A DNA stretch of 64,000 nt, from positions 92,994 to 156,993 of the forward strand of contig CALQYT010000001.1 in NCBI GenBank assembly GCA_943348815.1. The letters are read 5' to 3'. Positions within the stretch are counted from its first letter, which is position 1. Each line of letters starts with the position of its first letter. The position numbers were made by a program, and so were the translations under genes. Of the stretch, positions 47,016 through 55,465 are shown piece by piece. The notes beneath the pieces are model-generated. The model was not told where the DNA came from. It was given only the letters and a program-made list of their open reading frames with translations, and did not search any database. This stretch comes from Candidatus Nomurabacteria bacterium. GTDB taxonomy: Bacteria; Patescibacteriota; Minisyncoccia; Phycocordibacterales; SBAW01.

Positions 47016-47911
47016 TCTCCCTCAAGCACTTTGAGCGCTTGTTCGTTTTTTAAAACAGTTTCGATATGGATTTTGAGTAAGTCCTTCCGTGCTTCGGGAA
47101 AGTGCTCGAGCGCATGCTTCATTTCGGCCTCTACCGCTGCAGGGTCGGCTACCAACTTTTCTTCTTCAGCAATTTTGTTTAACAGCAATTGTAGCGCCGC
47201 GCGTTTTTTGGCCTGATCGCGAAAGTCGTCGCGGATCTGCGCCTCGGTTTTTTGCACGTGTTTAAGATAGTCATCAAACTGCACGCCCATGCGCTGAATA
47301 TCATCGCGCATTTGGCCCATAATCTTTTCCAGCTCGCTTTCAATAAAAATGCGCGGCACCGTTAGTTGTGCGCGCTCAAGCAGCGCGTCAATAAGTTTGC
47401 CGCGGCGGATGTTGCGGGCCAGCATTTCGCGCGCCTTAGCCTGGTCTTCTTCGCTTGGCATCGGTTCGGCCTTGGGCAGCTCGCCGGTGTAGGGCTCGAC
47501 CGGTACCTTTTCGTGCAGCTCCTTCCAATTTTTTGGGAGTGGTACCTCCGGGTAAATAGTAGTTTGCACCAAGAGGCCGATCGGATTTTGCGGGGCTAAT
47601 TTAGTGACTTTAATTTCGGGCCGGCCAACCACACCAACCTTCTTTTCTCCCACCAAGACAGGGTAAAAGTCGCGGACAAACAGCTCGACCGCCTCTTCGA
47701 GTACGGCCAGGTCGCCAACTTTTTTGAGCGCCATGTCGGTGGGGACTTTGCCGGGGCGGAAGCCGGGCAGCTCCATATGCTCGGCAATGTGCAGGAGTGC
47801 GTGTGCGCGATAGGCCTCTACCGCTTCGTAGGGGACATCACCCGCGAGTTCTATTTCAGACTCGGGGAGGGTTTTGAGAGAAAATTTTTGCGCGATGTCT
47901 TGCAAAGACAT
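47006..47911 (-). CDS. tig: trigger factor, short form lacking a PPIase domain
   Basis: N-terminal ribosome-binding signature GFRPGKVP; helical C-terminal domain. 301 aa. Confidence 0.7.
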   Translation of the reverse strand: MSLQDIAQKFSLKTLPESEIELAGDVPYEAVEAYRAHALLHIAEHMELPGFRPGKVPTDMALKKVGDLAVLEEAVELFVRDFYPVLVGEKKVGVVGRPEIKVTKLAPQNPIGLLVQTTIYPEVPLPKNWKELHEKVPVEPYTGELPKAEPMPSEEDQAKAREMLARNIRRGKLIDALLERAQLTVPRIFIESELEKIMGQMRDDIQRMGVQFDDYLKHVQKTEAQIRDDFRDQAKKRAALQLLLNKIAEEEKLVADPAAVEAEMKHALEHFPEARKDLLKIHIETVLKNEQALKVLEGEKQ

Positions 47912-47920
47912 CAGGCAATC

Positions 47921-48232
47921 CTACAAGGAATTGTTGAGATTATCAACGTCGCCGCTGGCCGAGCCCTGCGCCGACGCGTTGAGGTCGCTCTGGATCGAAT
48001 CTTCAGGCGTATTTTGTGCGGCCGTATTGGTAGTGTCGGCGGGGACAGGAGTAGAAGTGCTTTGCTGTTGCGTGTACCAAAAGTACGCGCCACCCGCAAC
48101 AAGGAGCAGAACAACTATGCCGATACCAATAGCCGGACCCCAACCACCTTGTGCGGGAGCCGGAGCGGGGGTCATGGGTGCAGGATTAGCCTGTCCTGAG
48201 CTTGTCGAAGGGTTTTGTGTTTGTGGAGGCAT
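47921..48232 (-). CDS. small membrane-anchored low-complexity protein (hypothetical)
   Basis: Pro/Ala/Gln-rich N-terminus, one TM (IGIGIVVLLLVAGGAYFW), Thr/Ser-rich tail. Confidence 0.4.
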   Translation of the reverse strand: MPPQTQNPSTSSGQANPAPMTPAPAPAQGGWGPAIGIGIVVLLLVAGGAYFWYTQQQSTSTPVPADTTNTAAQNTPEDSIQSDLNASAQGSASGDVDNLNNSL

Positions 48233-48239
48233 GATTTTG

Positions 48240-48959
48240 TTAGTTAGTTACCGTAGTAGTGGCGTTGGCGTGTGCTTGCGCTCGCATCGACTTGAGCACG
48301 TTTTGCAGCGACTCTTTGGCGGTATGTGTCGCATCCTCGGCTGCCTTGACCGCATCGCGTACTTTAGACACCTCGTTTTTTGGGTTACTGCTTGCGAGTG
48401 CTGCCGAAAGGGCGACGCCAACCGCTGCAACTTTGTCTTGGGCTACGGCGATATCGGCGCGGGCGGTCGCCATCAGTGCCACCGAAGCGCTCATATCGCT
48501 GCCGGCGGTCTGCAATTCTTGAATCCGTGCATCGATGCGGTCGGCAATTTTAGTAAGTTCGTCGACGTGGCGCGTCAGCATGTCGGTGATATTGCCGACG
48601 CTTCGTTGTACCGTCTCGCCAAACTTCTGCTTAGCTTTTTCTTTGGCGGCTTCAACTTTGGCGCGGACATCGTCGCGCTTCTGCTCCATTTTCATGCGGA
48701 ACTCCTCGTTCATTCTTGCAGACATAGTTGAAGAGGCGTGCGTATCCATCCCTGTAGTACTCGATGCGTGATCACGACCCTCTTTAGGAGGTAGAGGGAA
48801 GAGCGGCTTAGGCATAAGTGGACGTGGTTTTTCTGGGCGACTGGTCGAAGCGTGGGCAGTAACCTCTACCTCAACTCCAACCTGCGCGTCCTCGGCAAGC
48901 ACTAACACCGGGCTTAGTAATAGAGCGGCACTGAGCACACTGGTAATAAAAATTTTCAT
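48240..48959 (-). CDS. secreted coiled-coil protein (hypothetical)
   Basis: Signal peptide MKIFITSVLSAALLLSPVLVLA; long K/E/A-rich helical region. Confidence 0.5.
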   Translation of the reverse strand: MKIFITSVLSAALLLSPVLVLAEDAQVGVEVEVTAHASTSRPEKPRPLMPKPLFPLPPKEGRDHASSTTGMDTHASSTMSARMNEEFRMKMEQKRDDVRAKVEAAKEKAKQKFGETVQRSVGNITDMLTRHVDELTKIADRIDARIQELQTAGSDMSASVALMATARADIAVAQDKVAAVGVALSAALASSNPKNEVSKVRDAVKAAEDATHTAKESLQNVLKSMRAQAHANATTTVTN

Positions 48960-48989
48960 ACCGCTAGTATATCAGGTATACTAGCCACC

Positions 48990-49907
48990 ATGATAAAAGT
49001 ATTTGGCCACAAATCGCCCGATACCGACACCACCTGCTCGGCTATTTTGTGGGCGTGGTATCTCAGCAACCACACCGCCACTCCGGCAACCCCTTTTGTA
49101 CTCGGCGAGCTCAATAAGGAGACGAGTTTTGTGCTTAATCACTGGAAGGTGGCCCAACCGGGGCTTTTGGAGCTTGGCAAAGGAGATGAGGTTGTCATTG
49201 TGGACACCAATAATCCACAGGAGCTCCCCGAAAATATTAACGACGCGCAAATTATCGCGATCATCGACCACCACAAACTGGTAGGAGGGCTTAAAACGGA
49301 CAACCCTCCAACGGTGACCATGCGCCCCCTGGCCTGCACCGCAACGCTGCTGCACGACCTGATGGGTGATGCCGCAGAAAAACTCCCTAAAGAAATGGCA
49401 GGCATCATGCTCTCGTGCATACTCTCTGACACACTCGAGTTCCGCTCGCCGACCACGACCGCACACGACAAAGCGGTTGCGGAGAAGCTTGCTAAAAATC
49501 TTGGCATAAAAATTTCTGAGTACGCGCAAGCAATGTTTGCGGCAAAGTCTGATGTGTCTGACTACACCGACGTAGGGCTCATACATTTGGACAGCAAACA
49601 GTTTGAGGTAGGCGGCAAAAATATCCGCGTTTCGGTAGTCGAGACTGCTGCTCCGGCACAAGTGCTCGAGCGCAAAGAGGGGATAGTAAAAGCGATTAAA
49701 GAATTGATTGCGCAAGAAAAAGATACCGACGACGTACTCTTTTTTGTCGTCGATATTCTTAAAGAACAGGCGACGGTGTTTGCCTACAGCGACCTTACGA
49801 AACAATTGGTAGAAAAGTCGTTTGAAACGAATGTAGAGGATGGGGTGGCCGTATTGCCCGGCGTTGTCTCACGCAAAAAACAAATTTTGCCCGCGCTTAA
49901 GATCTAG
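48990..49907 (+). CDS. ppaC: manganese-dependent inorganic pyrophosphatase (family II, DHH)
   Basis: HKSPDTD, IIDHHK DHH motifs; DHHA2-like C-terminus. Confidence 0.8.
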   Translation: MIKVFGHKSPDTDTTCSAILWAWYLSNHTATPATPFVLGELNKETSFVLNHWKVAQPGLLELGKGDEVVIVDTNNPQELPENINDAQIIAIIDHHKLVGGLKTDNPPTVTMRPLACTATLLHDLMGDAAEKLPKEMAGIMLSCILSDTLEFRSPTTTAHDKAVAEKLAKNLGIKISEYAQAMFAAKSDVSDYTDVGLIHLDSKQFEVGGKNIRVSVVETAAPAQVLERKEGIVKAIKELIAQEKDTDDVLFFVVDILKEQATVFAYSDLTKQLVEKSFETNVEDGVAVLPGVVSRKKQILPALKI

Positions 49908-51091
49908 TTCTCACTTGCCACCGCTTCTGGCGGGGTCCCGCCGTCGGCGGTGACTTCGGCGACCTTTTCGCCACCTACCGATTGTATATCGATACGCCAG
50001 CCGGTTAGTTTGGCAGCCAAACGTACGTTTTGTCCGCCGCGGCCAATCGCCAAGCTCTGTTGATCTTCGGCAACTTTAACCGTTGCTTTGCGCTCGGCCT
50101 CGTCGAGGTCGACACCCAAGATGCGTGCGGGCGAGAGCGCCTCTTCAATAAATGCTTTTGGATCCTCGGACCACTCGATAATGTCGATCTTTTCGCCTCC
50201 AAGTTCGGAGGTGACGGTCGAGACGCGTACGCCGCGCTGGCCAACAAGAGAGCCAACTGGGTCGACATGCGGGTCGGTCGAGGCGACGGCTACTTTAGAG
50301 CGGCTGCCGGCCTCGCGTGCTATCGCTTTAAACACCACGGTACCGTGCGCGGCCTCGGGCGCCTCCATCTCAAACAGTTTGGCCAAAAACTCGCCGCGTG
50401 CGCGCGAGAGGCGCAGGTAAATACCCCGCGGAGACTCTTCTACTTGGTACAGAAGTCCGCGGATGCGCTCGCCTTGGCGATAGCGTTCGCCGGGGATCTG
50501 CTCTTCGTACGGCAAAATACCGGTCGCGCGACCGAGGTCGATATACATATTGCCGCGCTCCATGCGCTGCACGGTACCGCTCACAATTTCGCCTTGGCGT
50601 GCGCCATACTCGGCCACCACCGAAACCTTTTCGGCCTCGCGGATTTTTTGGATAATAACTTGCTTGGCCGTTTGTGCGGCAATGCGGCCGTAGTCCTCGT
50701 GCGGCTCGAGCGGGAAGATAAGTTCGTCGCCGACCTTGGTGTCGCGTTTAATAAATTTGGCGTCCTCTACTTTGATGTGCTGCTCTTCGTTGTAGCGAGG
50801 CAACAGCGCAATAGGGTTGCCCTCGGCGTCCATCTCGGGTTCAGGATCCTCTTCGTCATCCGCAATAAAGCGCACGGTCGTGTCGTCGACGACCAATTTA
50901 ACTTGGGCAAATTCGGTGGTGCCGGCGTTCAGGTCGATGTGGGCACGGATCACTTGGCCTTTTTTGGCGTACTCTTTTTTGTACGCGGTTGCGAGCGCAG
51001 CCTCGATAGCCTCGATAACTTTGGCACGCGGTATACCCCGCTCGTCTTCGAGCTCGCCCAGGACTGAGTTCATTACTTTGAGGTCAAACAT
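49904..51091 (-). CDS. nusA: transcription termination/antitermination factor NusA
   Basis: N-terminal domain, S1 and two KH domains (GRGGQNVRLAAKLTGWRIDI). Confidence 0.85.
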   Translation of the reverse strand: MFDLKVMNSVLGELEDERGIPRAKVIEAIEAALATAYKKEYAKKGQVIRAHIDLNAGTTEFAQVKLVVDDTTVRFIADDEEDPEPEMDAEGNPIALLPRYNEEQHIKVEDAKFIKRDTKVGDELIFPLEPHEDYGRIAAQTAKQVIIQKIREAEKVSVVAEYGARQGEIVSGTVQRMERGNMYIDLGRATGILPYEEQIPGERYRQGERIRGLLYQVEESPRGIYLRLSRARGEFLAKLFEMEAPEAAHGTVVFKAIAREAGSRSKVAVASTDPHVDPVGSLVGQRGVRVSTVTSELGGEKIDIIEWSEDPKAFIEEALSPARILGVDLDEAERKATVKVAEDQQSLAIGRGGQNVRLAAKLTGWRIDIQSVGGEKVAEVTADGGTPPEAVASEN

Positions 51092-51210
51092 AAAGTTAGT
51101 TGTTAGCCATTAGCCACTAGGGTTTAGTAAAGTCTGGCCTTAAAAACAAGAAAACCGCCCACTCGGGGCAGTTACCAGATAATGCAAGTATAGGGGCTAC
51201 CCGCTTATTG

Positions 51211-51576
51211 TCAAGCAGCCTGTGTTTTGTCGGGACCAAAAAGCTTGGTCGTTTCTGCTTCTAGTGCCTTCATCGACTCCATACTTTTTGCAGTGAGGTC
51301 CGCCAAAAATACTTGCTGATCTGGCGTAAGCGTAACCGCTTTAATTTCGGCGTTGTATTGGTCCAAGAGAGCAGTCTGTTCGCGAATAGTTTGTACTTGC
51401 TGAGAGATAGCACGCTCGCCATTTGGAGTTTTGGCTTCAGCCGAATTCTCCCCCATGTACTTACGCAGCCCTTCTATCGCTCTAATGACTCCTGCGGTTT
51501 GTATAGCGATTTGATTGATCCGATCTTGCGGCGTGCGGGGGACTTCGGGAGGGCTGTCAGGGTCTTTCATAAACAT
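51211..51576 (-). CDS. hypothetical protein (121 aa) upstream of nusA
   Basis: ORF only; not RimP-like. Confidence 0.4.
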   Translation of the reverse strand: MFMKDPDSPPEVPRTPQDRINQIAIQTAGVIRAIEGLRKYMGENSAEAKTPNGERAISQQVQTIREQTALLDQYNAEIKAVTLTPDQQVFLADLTAKSMESMKALEAETTKLFGPDKTQAA

Positions 51577-51615
51577 GTTCAGATTCTAACACAACCTACA
51601 TGCTAGAATGCCAAC

Positions 51616-52362
51616 ATGCTGAAAGAGCTCCAAGATATTGGTCTCTCCGAAAAAGAAGCACGCGTCTATTTGGCGGCTCTAGAGTTGGGGAAGACTACGG
51701 CAGAAAAACTGGCCACCCATGCCAAGGTCAACCGCTCGACCACCTACGTGCAGCTGGAGTCTTTGATGAAAAAGGGCCTCATGAGCACCTACGAAGAGGC
51801 CAAAAAAACTTATTTTGCGCCCGAGTCGCCCGAACTTCTGCGCCGCTTGCTTGCCAAGCAGCGTGACGAGATGAGTACGAAAGAGCGCGACCTCTCTAGC
51901 CTCCTCCCCGCACTCCTGCAGCAGTACGATGGCGCGGGCGAGCGCCCCGTGGTGCGGTTTTATAGCGGTAAAGAGGGGATTACCGCTATGCGCGAGGATA
52001 CCCTTTCGCTAAATGGAGGAGACGAAATGCTCATTATTTATTCTTTAGATGCTTTGCAGGGTTTATATACTGAGAAGGAAACTGCAGATTATGTACGCCG
52101 CCGCATCGAAAAAGAAATACGAGTACGATGTGTTTACACGAGGAAAGAAGGTAAACTGCCACCCGATACCCTCCCTGCGCTTATGGAGCGGCGGTTTGTG
52201 CCAGAGAAAAAGATGCCTTTAACTACTGATTTTTTTGTACATAAGAATAAGGTTGCGATGATGGCTTTGCGTGGCCATCTCTTCGGTGTAGTGATTGAAA
52301 GTAAAGAAATAAGCGAAAGCTTCAGAAGCCTTTTTGAAATGATTTGGGCTGGAGGCGAATAG
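51616..52362 (+). CDS. TrmB-like winged-helix transcriptional regulator
   Basis: IGLSEKEARVYLAALELGKTTAEKLATHAKVNRSTTYVQLESLMKKGLM; tail SLFEMIWAGGE. Confidence 0.8.
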   Translation: MLKELQDIGLSEKEARVYLAALELGKTTAEKLATHAKVNRSTTYVQLESLMKKGLMSTYEEAKKTYFAPESPELLRRLLAKQRDEMSTKERDLSSLLPALLQQYDGAGERPVVRFYSGKEGITAMREDTLSLNGGDEMLIIYSLDALQGLYTEKETADYVRRRIEKEIRVRCVYTRKEGKLPPDTLPALMERRFVPEKKMPLTTDFFVHKNKVAMMALRGHLFGVVIESKEISESFRSLFEMIWAGGE

Positions 52363-52766
52363 CCATTTTCGTAAACGTAGAAGGGACGGCTTCGCGCATT
52401 TCGCCGCTAGGCCGTCCCCCTTGAGCACAAAACTCCCTATTTACCGCCAGCCTATTGTAAGGCGGTCAATGCTGAGAGCGAGTGCTCCTCGCGCTCAGCG
52501 TTACCAGCCCACGGCCGGCCTCATGGTGATAAGCATGGTTGTGCTCTCTGCTTTGTGGGGCGGCCACGTGGCCCACCCCGGGTTGCCGGGAGTACTCACG
52601 TACTGTCATCCCGGACAAGTTTGATTCTACTTTAGTTAAAGGAAATTGGCAAACAATTTGTGCACAAAACACCTGTTTGTTACTCTAAACCAACTATTTA
52701 ATCTGTCAAAAAAGGCTTTAAATAAAGCCATTTTGTACTTATCCACAGTGTTCATGTTAATATTCA

Positions 52767-52794
52767 TTGACAGTCCAGAGCGTTGGAATATAGT
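52767..52794 (+). promoter_or_regulatory. near-consensus sigma70-type promoter (TTGACA-16-TATAGT) inside an ORF-free region
   Basis: TTGACA at 52767..52772, TATAGT at 52789..52794. No protein gene downstream for about 400 nt; terminator at 53120..53151. Confidence 0.45.
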
Positions 52795-53014
52795 TACTGT
52801 GTCAAACGAAATTGACATCGTATGAAAAGCCAAAACACACGAGAACCGCCGTAACGAAAGAGGAAATGCCGAGGTTTTAAGATGCAGAAGATTAACAGAA
52901 TAAAAATTTCAAAACAATGAACAAAATAAACGGGTCGCCGCCAGGAGGTAGAGCAGAGAGGGGAGAGAAGGTAGAGAAAGACAAAGTGCAGCCGACAGAC
53001 TCAGGTGTTACCTT

Positions 53015-53102
53015 GCTCCCCGCCCCAAGTGCATAGGACTACGAGCCCGCTCTCGGATTTAGATAGACAAAACCGATACAGAGCGAGCACTTGGGGCGGG
53101 GA
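53015..53102. repeat. long imperfect hairpin (16-bp perfect outer stem TCCCCGCCCCAAGTGC / GCACTTGGGGCGGGGA)
   Basis: Arms at 53017..53032 and 53087..53102 are perfect reverse complements. Confidence 0.6.
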
Positions 53103-53119
53103 ATAGATCACAGCTGAGC

Positions 53120-53151
53120 GGAACGAACCGGAACACGGTTCGTTTTTGCTT
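53120..53151 (+). terminator. intrinsic terminator
   Basis: AACGAACCG-GAACAC-CGGTTCGTT followed by TTTGCTT. Confidence 0.6.
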
Positions 53152-53190
53152 CCCCGACGCTTTGGTCGGGGTTCCGACTAAAACGTCGGG
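53152..53190. repeat. GC-rich double-hairpin miniature repeat (CCCCGAC-GCTTTG-GTCGGGG + CCGAC-TAAAAC-GTCGG)
   Basis: Reverse-complement copy of 25220..25258. Confidence 0.6.
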
Positions 53191-53206
53191 ATATAATAAG
53201 TGAGTA

Positions 53207-54652
53207 ATGGAACCGAGTAACTGGTTACGCCGGGAGGTCATGAGTGATGACGAGCGACGACATGCGCTCGCGCACGAACTTGGGTTGCCCTTTGTGGCGC
53301 TCGGGCGCGACGACATTGCGCCCGAAGCAATGATGCTGATACCCGAGCCGCTCTCGCGCGAGCACAATGCGGTTGGCTATCAGGTAGGAGAAGGTGGTTT
53401 AGAGGTTGCACTGCTCGACCCGGCCGACTTGGACGCACTCTACTTTTTGCGCTCGCAATACCGCCTGCTGCCGCGGTTGGTCACGCGCGAGGATATGATC
53501 CGCGCTCTCCTGCACTACCAAAAACATCTCTACGAGGTATACGGCCGGCATCTGGAGCGTGGCGAGGGCCAAGGCGCGCTCGACACGCTGTTGCGCCACG
53601 CGCTGGTGAGCCACGCGAGCGACATACATTTGCAAACAACCGACAAAGGATTTTTGGTGCGGTACCGCATTAACGGCACACTCAAAGACGCGATGACGCT
53701 GCCGGCCGCTACGGGAGCGCGATTGGTTGATAAGTTGCGTACGCTTGCGCGCTTGCCTGCAAGCAGTTTGCCGCGCGAGGCGAGACTCCGCGTCGACTTG
53801 GGGCATGGCGAAGAAATAAATATTGGCGTCGCGAGCATGCCGACCATTGGCGGCGAAAAATTATTACTGAGCCTTACGCGCAACCGCGAGCGGCGCGGTT
53901 GGACGCTCCACTCGCTGGGGTTGCACGGCGAGGCGCTCGAGCGCGTGCACAAAACGCTACTGCATCGCCGCGGCGTCATTGCCATAACCGGCGCGCCGGC
54001 ATCGGGCAAAACTACGCTCTTGTATACGATGCTCGATTTGCTTAATACGCCCGAAATTTCGGTCGCGACGGTGGAGCAGTCGGTCGCAGAGATTTTACCG
54101 CGCGTCGCCCAAACCGATCTTGCGGTAACAGGCCTTAGTGTTGGTGCGGCATTGCGCGCGGCACTACGCACCGACCCAGATGCGGTGCTCCTTGATGAGC
54201 TCGGCGACTCTAACAGCGCGGCGGTTGCCGGTGCAGCGGCGCTGCGCGGACTTTTGATTGTTGCCACCACGACGCAAGCAGAACTTCTGCCGCAAGCGAC
54301 GTTTACGGTCCGCACGGCGCTGTTGCGCAAACTTTGCGACAAAAAGTTTTTGCAAAAATCAAAACTCACTCGAGCCGAGGCCGACACGCTTGAAGATGCC
54401 GGTGCAAACTTTGCCAACGTACTTGCGGCACTCAAAGAAGAAGATAAGGTAGCCAAAGACACCGCATGGAAGGATATTACGTTTGCCCGTGCAAGCGGCT
54501 GCAGCGAGTGCGATGGCGGGTACCAAGGGCTGCTTGGCGTGCAAGAGGTTGCGGCGCAAGAGGGGGTGGTTGGGCTCAATGTGCTCGAAGATGCACTCTA
54601 TAAGGCGGCGCAAGGGCTAACTTCGATAGAAGAGGTGCTTGCGCTCGTATAG
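53207..54652 (+). CDS. GspE/PilB-family secretion ATPase homolog, GC-rich, with a degenerate His box
   Basis: T2SSE_N-like N-terminus; Walker A GAPASGKTT; Asp box DPDAVLLDELGD; His-box position reads LLIVATTTQ; C-terminal GCSECDGGYQG tetracysteine-like motif. Confidence 0.6.
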   Translation: MEPSNWLRREVMSDDERRHALAHELGLPFVALGRDDIAPEAMMLIPEPLSREHNAVGYQVGEGGLEVALLDPADLDALYFLRSQYRLLPRLVTREDMIRALLHYQKHLYEVYGRHLERGEGQGALDTLLRHALVSHASDIHLQTTDKGFLVRYRINGTLKDAMTLPAATGARLVDKLRTLARLPASSLPREARLRVDLGHGEEINIGVASMPTIGGEKLLLSLTRNRERRGWTLHSLGLHGEALERVHKTLLHRRGVIAITGAPASGKTTLLYTMLDLLNTPEISVATVEQSVAEILPRVAQTDLAVTGLSVGAALRAALRTDPDAVLLDELGDSNSAAVAGAAALRGLLIVATTTQAELLPQATFTVRTALLRKLCDKKFLQKSKLTRAEADTLEDAGANFANVLAALKEEDKVAKDTAWKDITFARASGCSECDGGYQGLLGVQEVAAQEGVVGLNVLEDALYKAAQGLTSIEEVLALV

Positions 54653-54661
54653 AGTGCTATA

Positions 54662-55465
54662 TTGGCATCAATGAAAAAGCTCGTCGTCGCCAACTGGAAG
54701 ATGTATGTCGAGGACAAGGCGAGTGCGAGCCGCTGGCTCAGCAAAGTTTCGCGGGCTAACCCCGACGCCAAAGGGTCGGGGCCCCGACCGAAGCGTCGGG
54801 GAAAACTAAATATAGAGGTGTGGGTGGCAGCGCCTGTGGTGTTTATTAAAAAGAGTTCGCTACCGATGGGCGCGCAAACCGTTTCGCAATTTGAAAATGG
54901 TGCGCATACGGGCGAGCTAAGCGCTGCCGTACTTAAGGAAGCGGGCGCAAAATTTGCAATAGTTGGACATTCCGAGCGCCGTGCTATGGGCGAAAATAAT
55001 GATGCGGTGCATGCACAGCTGGTGCAAGCCACACACGCGGGACTAACCCCATTACTTTGTGTGGGCGAAGGTGAGCGCACGGCAGAGGGCGCGCATTTTA
55101 CCTTTATAGAAGAGCAGCTAACCTCGGCGCTACGCGGTATGCAGTCGATTGTCGAAAAGTTGGTGGTAGCCTACGAGCCGGTCTGGGCGATAGGTAAAAG
55201 TGCGAGCGAGGCAATGAAGCCACAGGAGGTTGAAGAGACGGTAATTTTTATCCGCAAAGTATTGAGTGATGTGCTTGGGCGCGAGCCGGCACGCAAAGTA
55301 CGTGTACTCTACGGCGGTTCGGTCGAGGGAGAAAACGCACATACCCTTTTGCACGATGGCGGGGTTAATGGATTTTTGGTTGGTCACGCGAGCGCGACAC
55401 CCGAGTCATTTATAGAAATATTAAAAGAAACCGGCCGCCTTTCAAAGGACGTTAAGGCGGCATGA
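54662..55465 (+). CDS. tpiA: triosephosphate isomerase
   Basis: ANWKM, IVGHSERR, YEPVWAIG, GGSV motifs. Carries an in-frame 42-nt GC hairpin repeat at 54760..54801. Confidence 0.85.
   Translation: MASMKKLVVANWKMYVEDKASASRWLSKVSRANPDAKGSGPRPKRRGKLNIEVWVAAPVVFIKKSSLPMGAQTVSQFENGAHTGELSAAVLKEAGAKFAIVGHSERRAMGENNDAVHAQLVQATHAGLTPLLCVGEGERTAEGAHFTFIEEQLTSALRGMQSIVEKLVVAYEPVWAIGKSASEAMKPQEVEETVIFIRKVLSDVLGREPARKVRVLYGGSVEGENAHTLLHDGGVNGFLVGHASATPESFIEILKETGRLSKDVKAA
54760..54801. repeat. GC-rich double-hairpin repeat copy embedded in-frame in tpiA (encodes NPDAKGSGPRPKRRG)
   Basis: CCCCGAC-GCCAAAG-GGTCGGGG-CCCCGAC-CGAAGC-GTCGGGG. Same family as the 25220 and 53152 repeats. Confidence 0.55.

Noticed and set aside
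48981-49805. 274-aa minus-strand ORF antisense to ppaC
   Set aside because: The DHH pyrophosphatase on the plus strand is clear. The antisense product is Arg/Phe-rich noise.
50030-51067. 345-aa plus-strand ORF antisense to nusA
   Set aside because: The opposite strand encodes a full, motif-rich NusA. This frame is an Arg/Ala/Gly-rich artefact.
52363-53206. RNase P RNA, SRP RNA or tmRNA in the long ORF-free region
   Set aside because: I looked for P4 (AGGAAAGUCCGG / ACAGAACCCGGCUUA), SRP domain IV (GUCCGGAAGGAAGCAGC) and a tmRNA tRNA-like 3' end (GGUUCGA(A/U)UCC...CCA) and found none. It is kept only as an unassigned candidate ncRNA.
53530-54579. 349-aa minus-strand ORF covering the pilB-like gene
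   Set aside because: This is the usual antisense open frame in about 60% GC DNA. The product is Ala/Ser/Arg-rich and motif-free, whereas the plus-strand frame carries Walker/GspE motifs.
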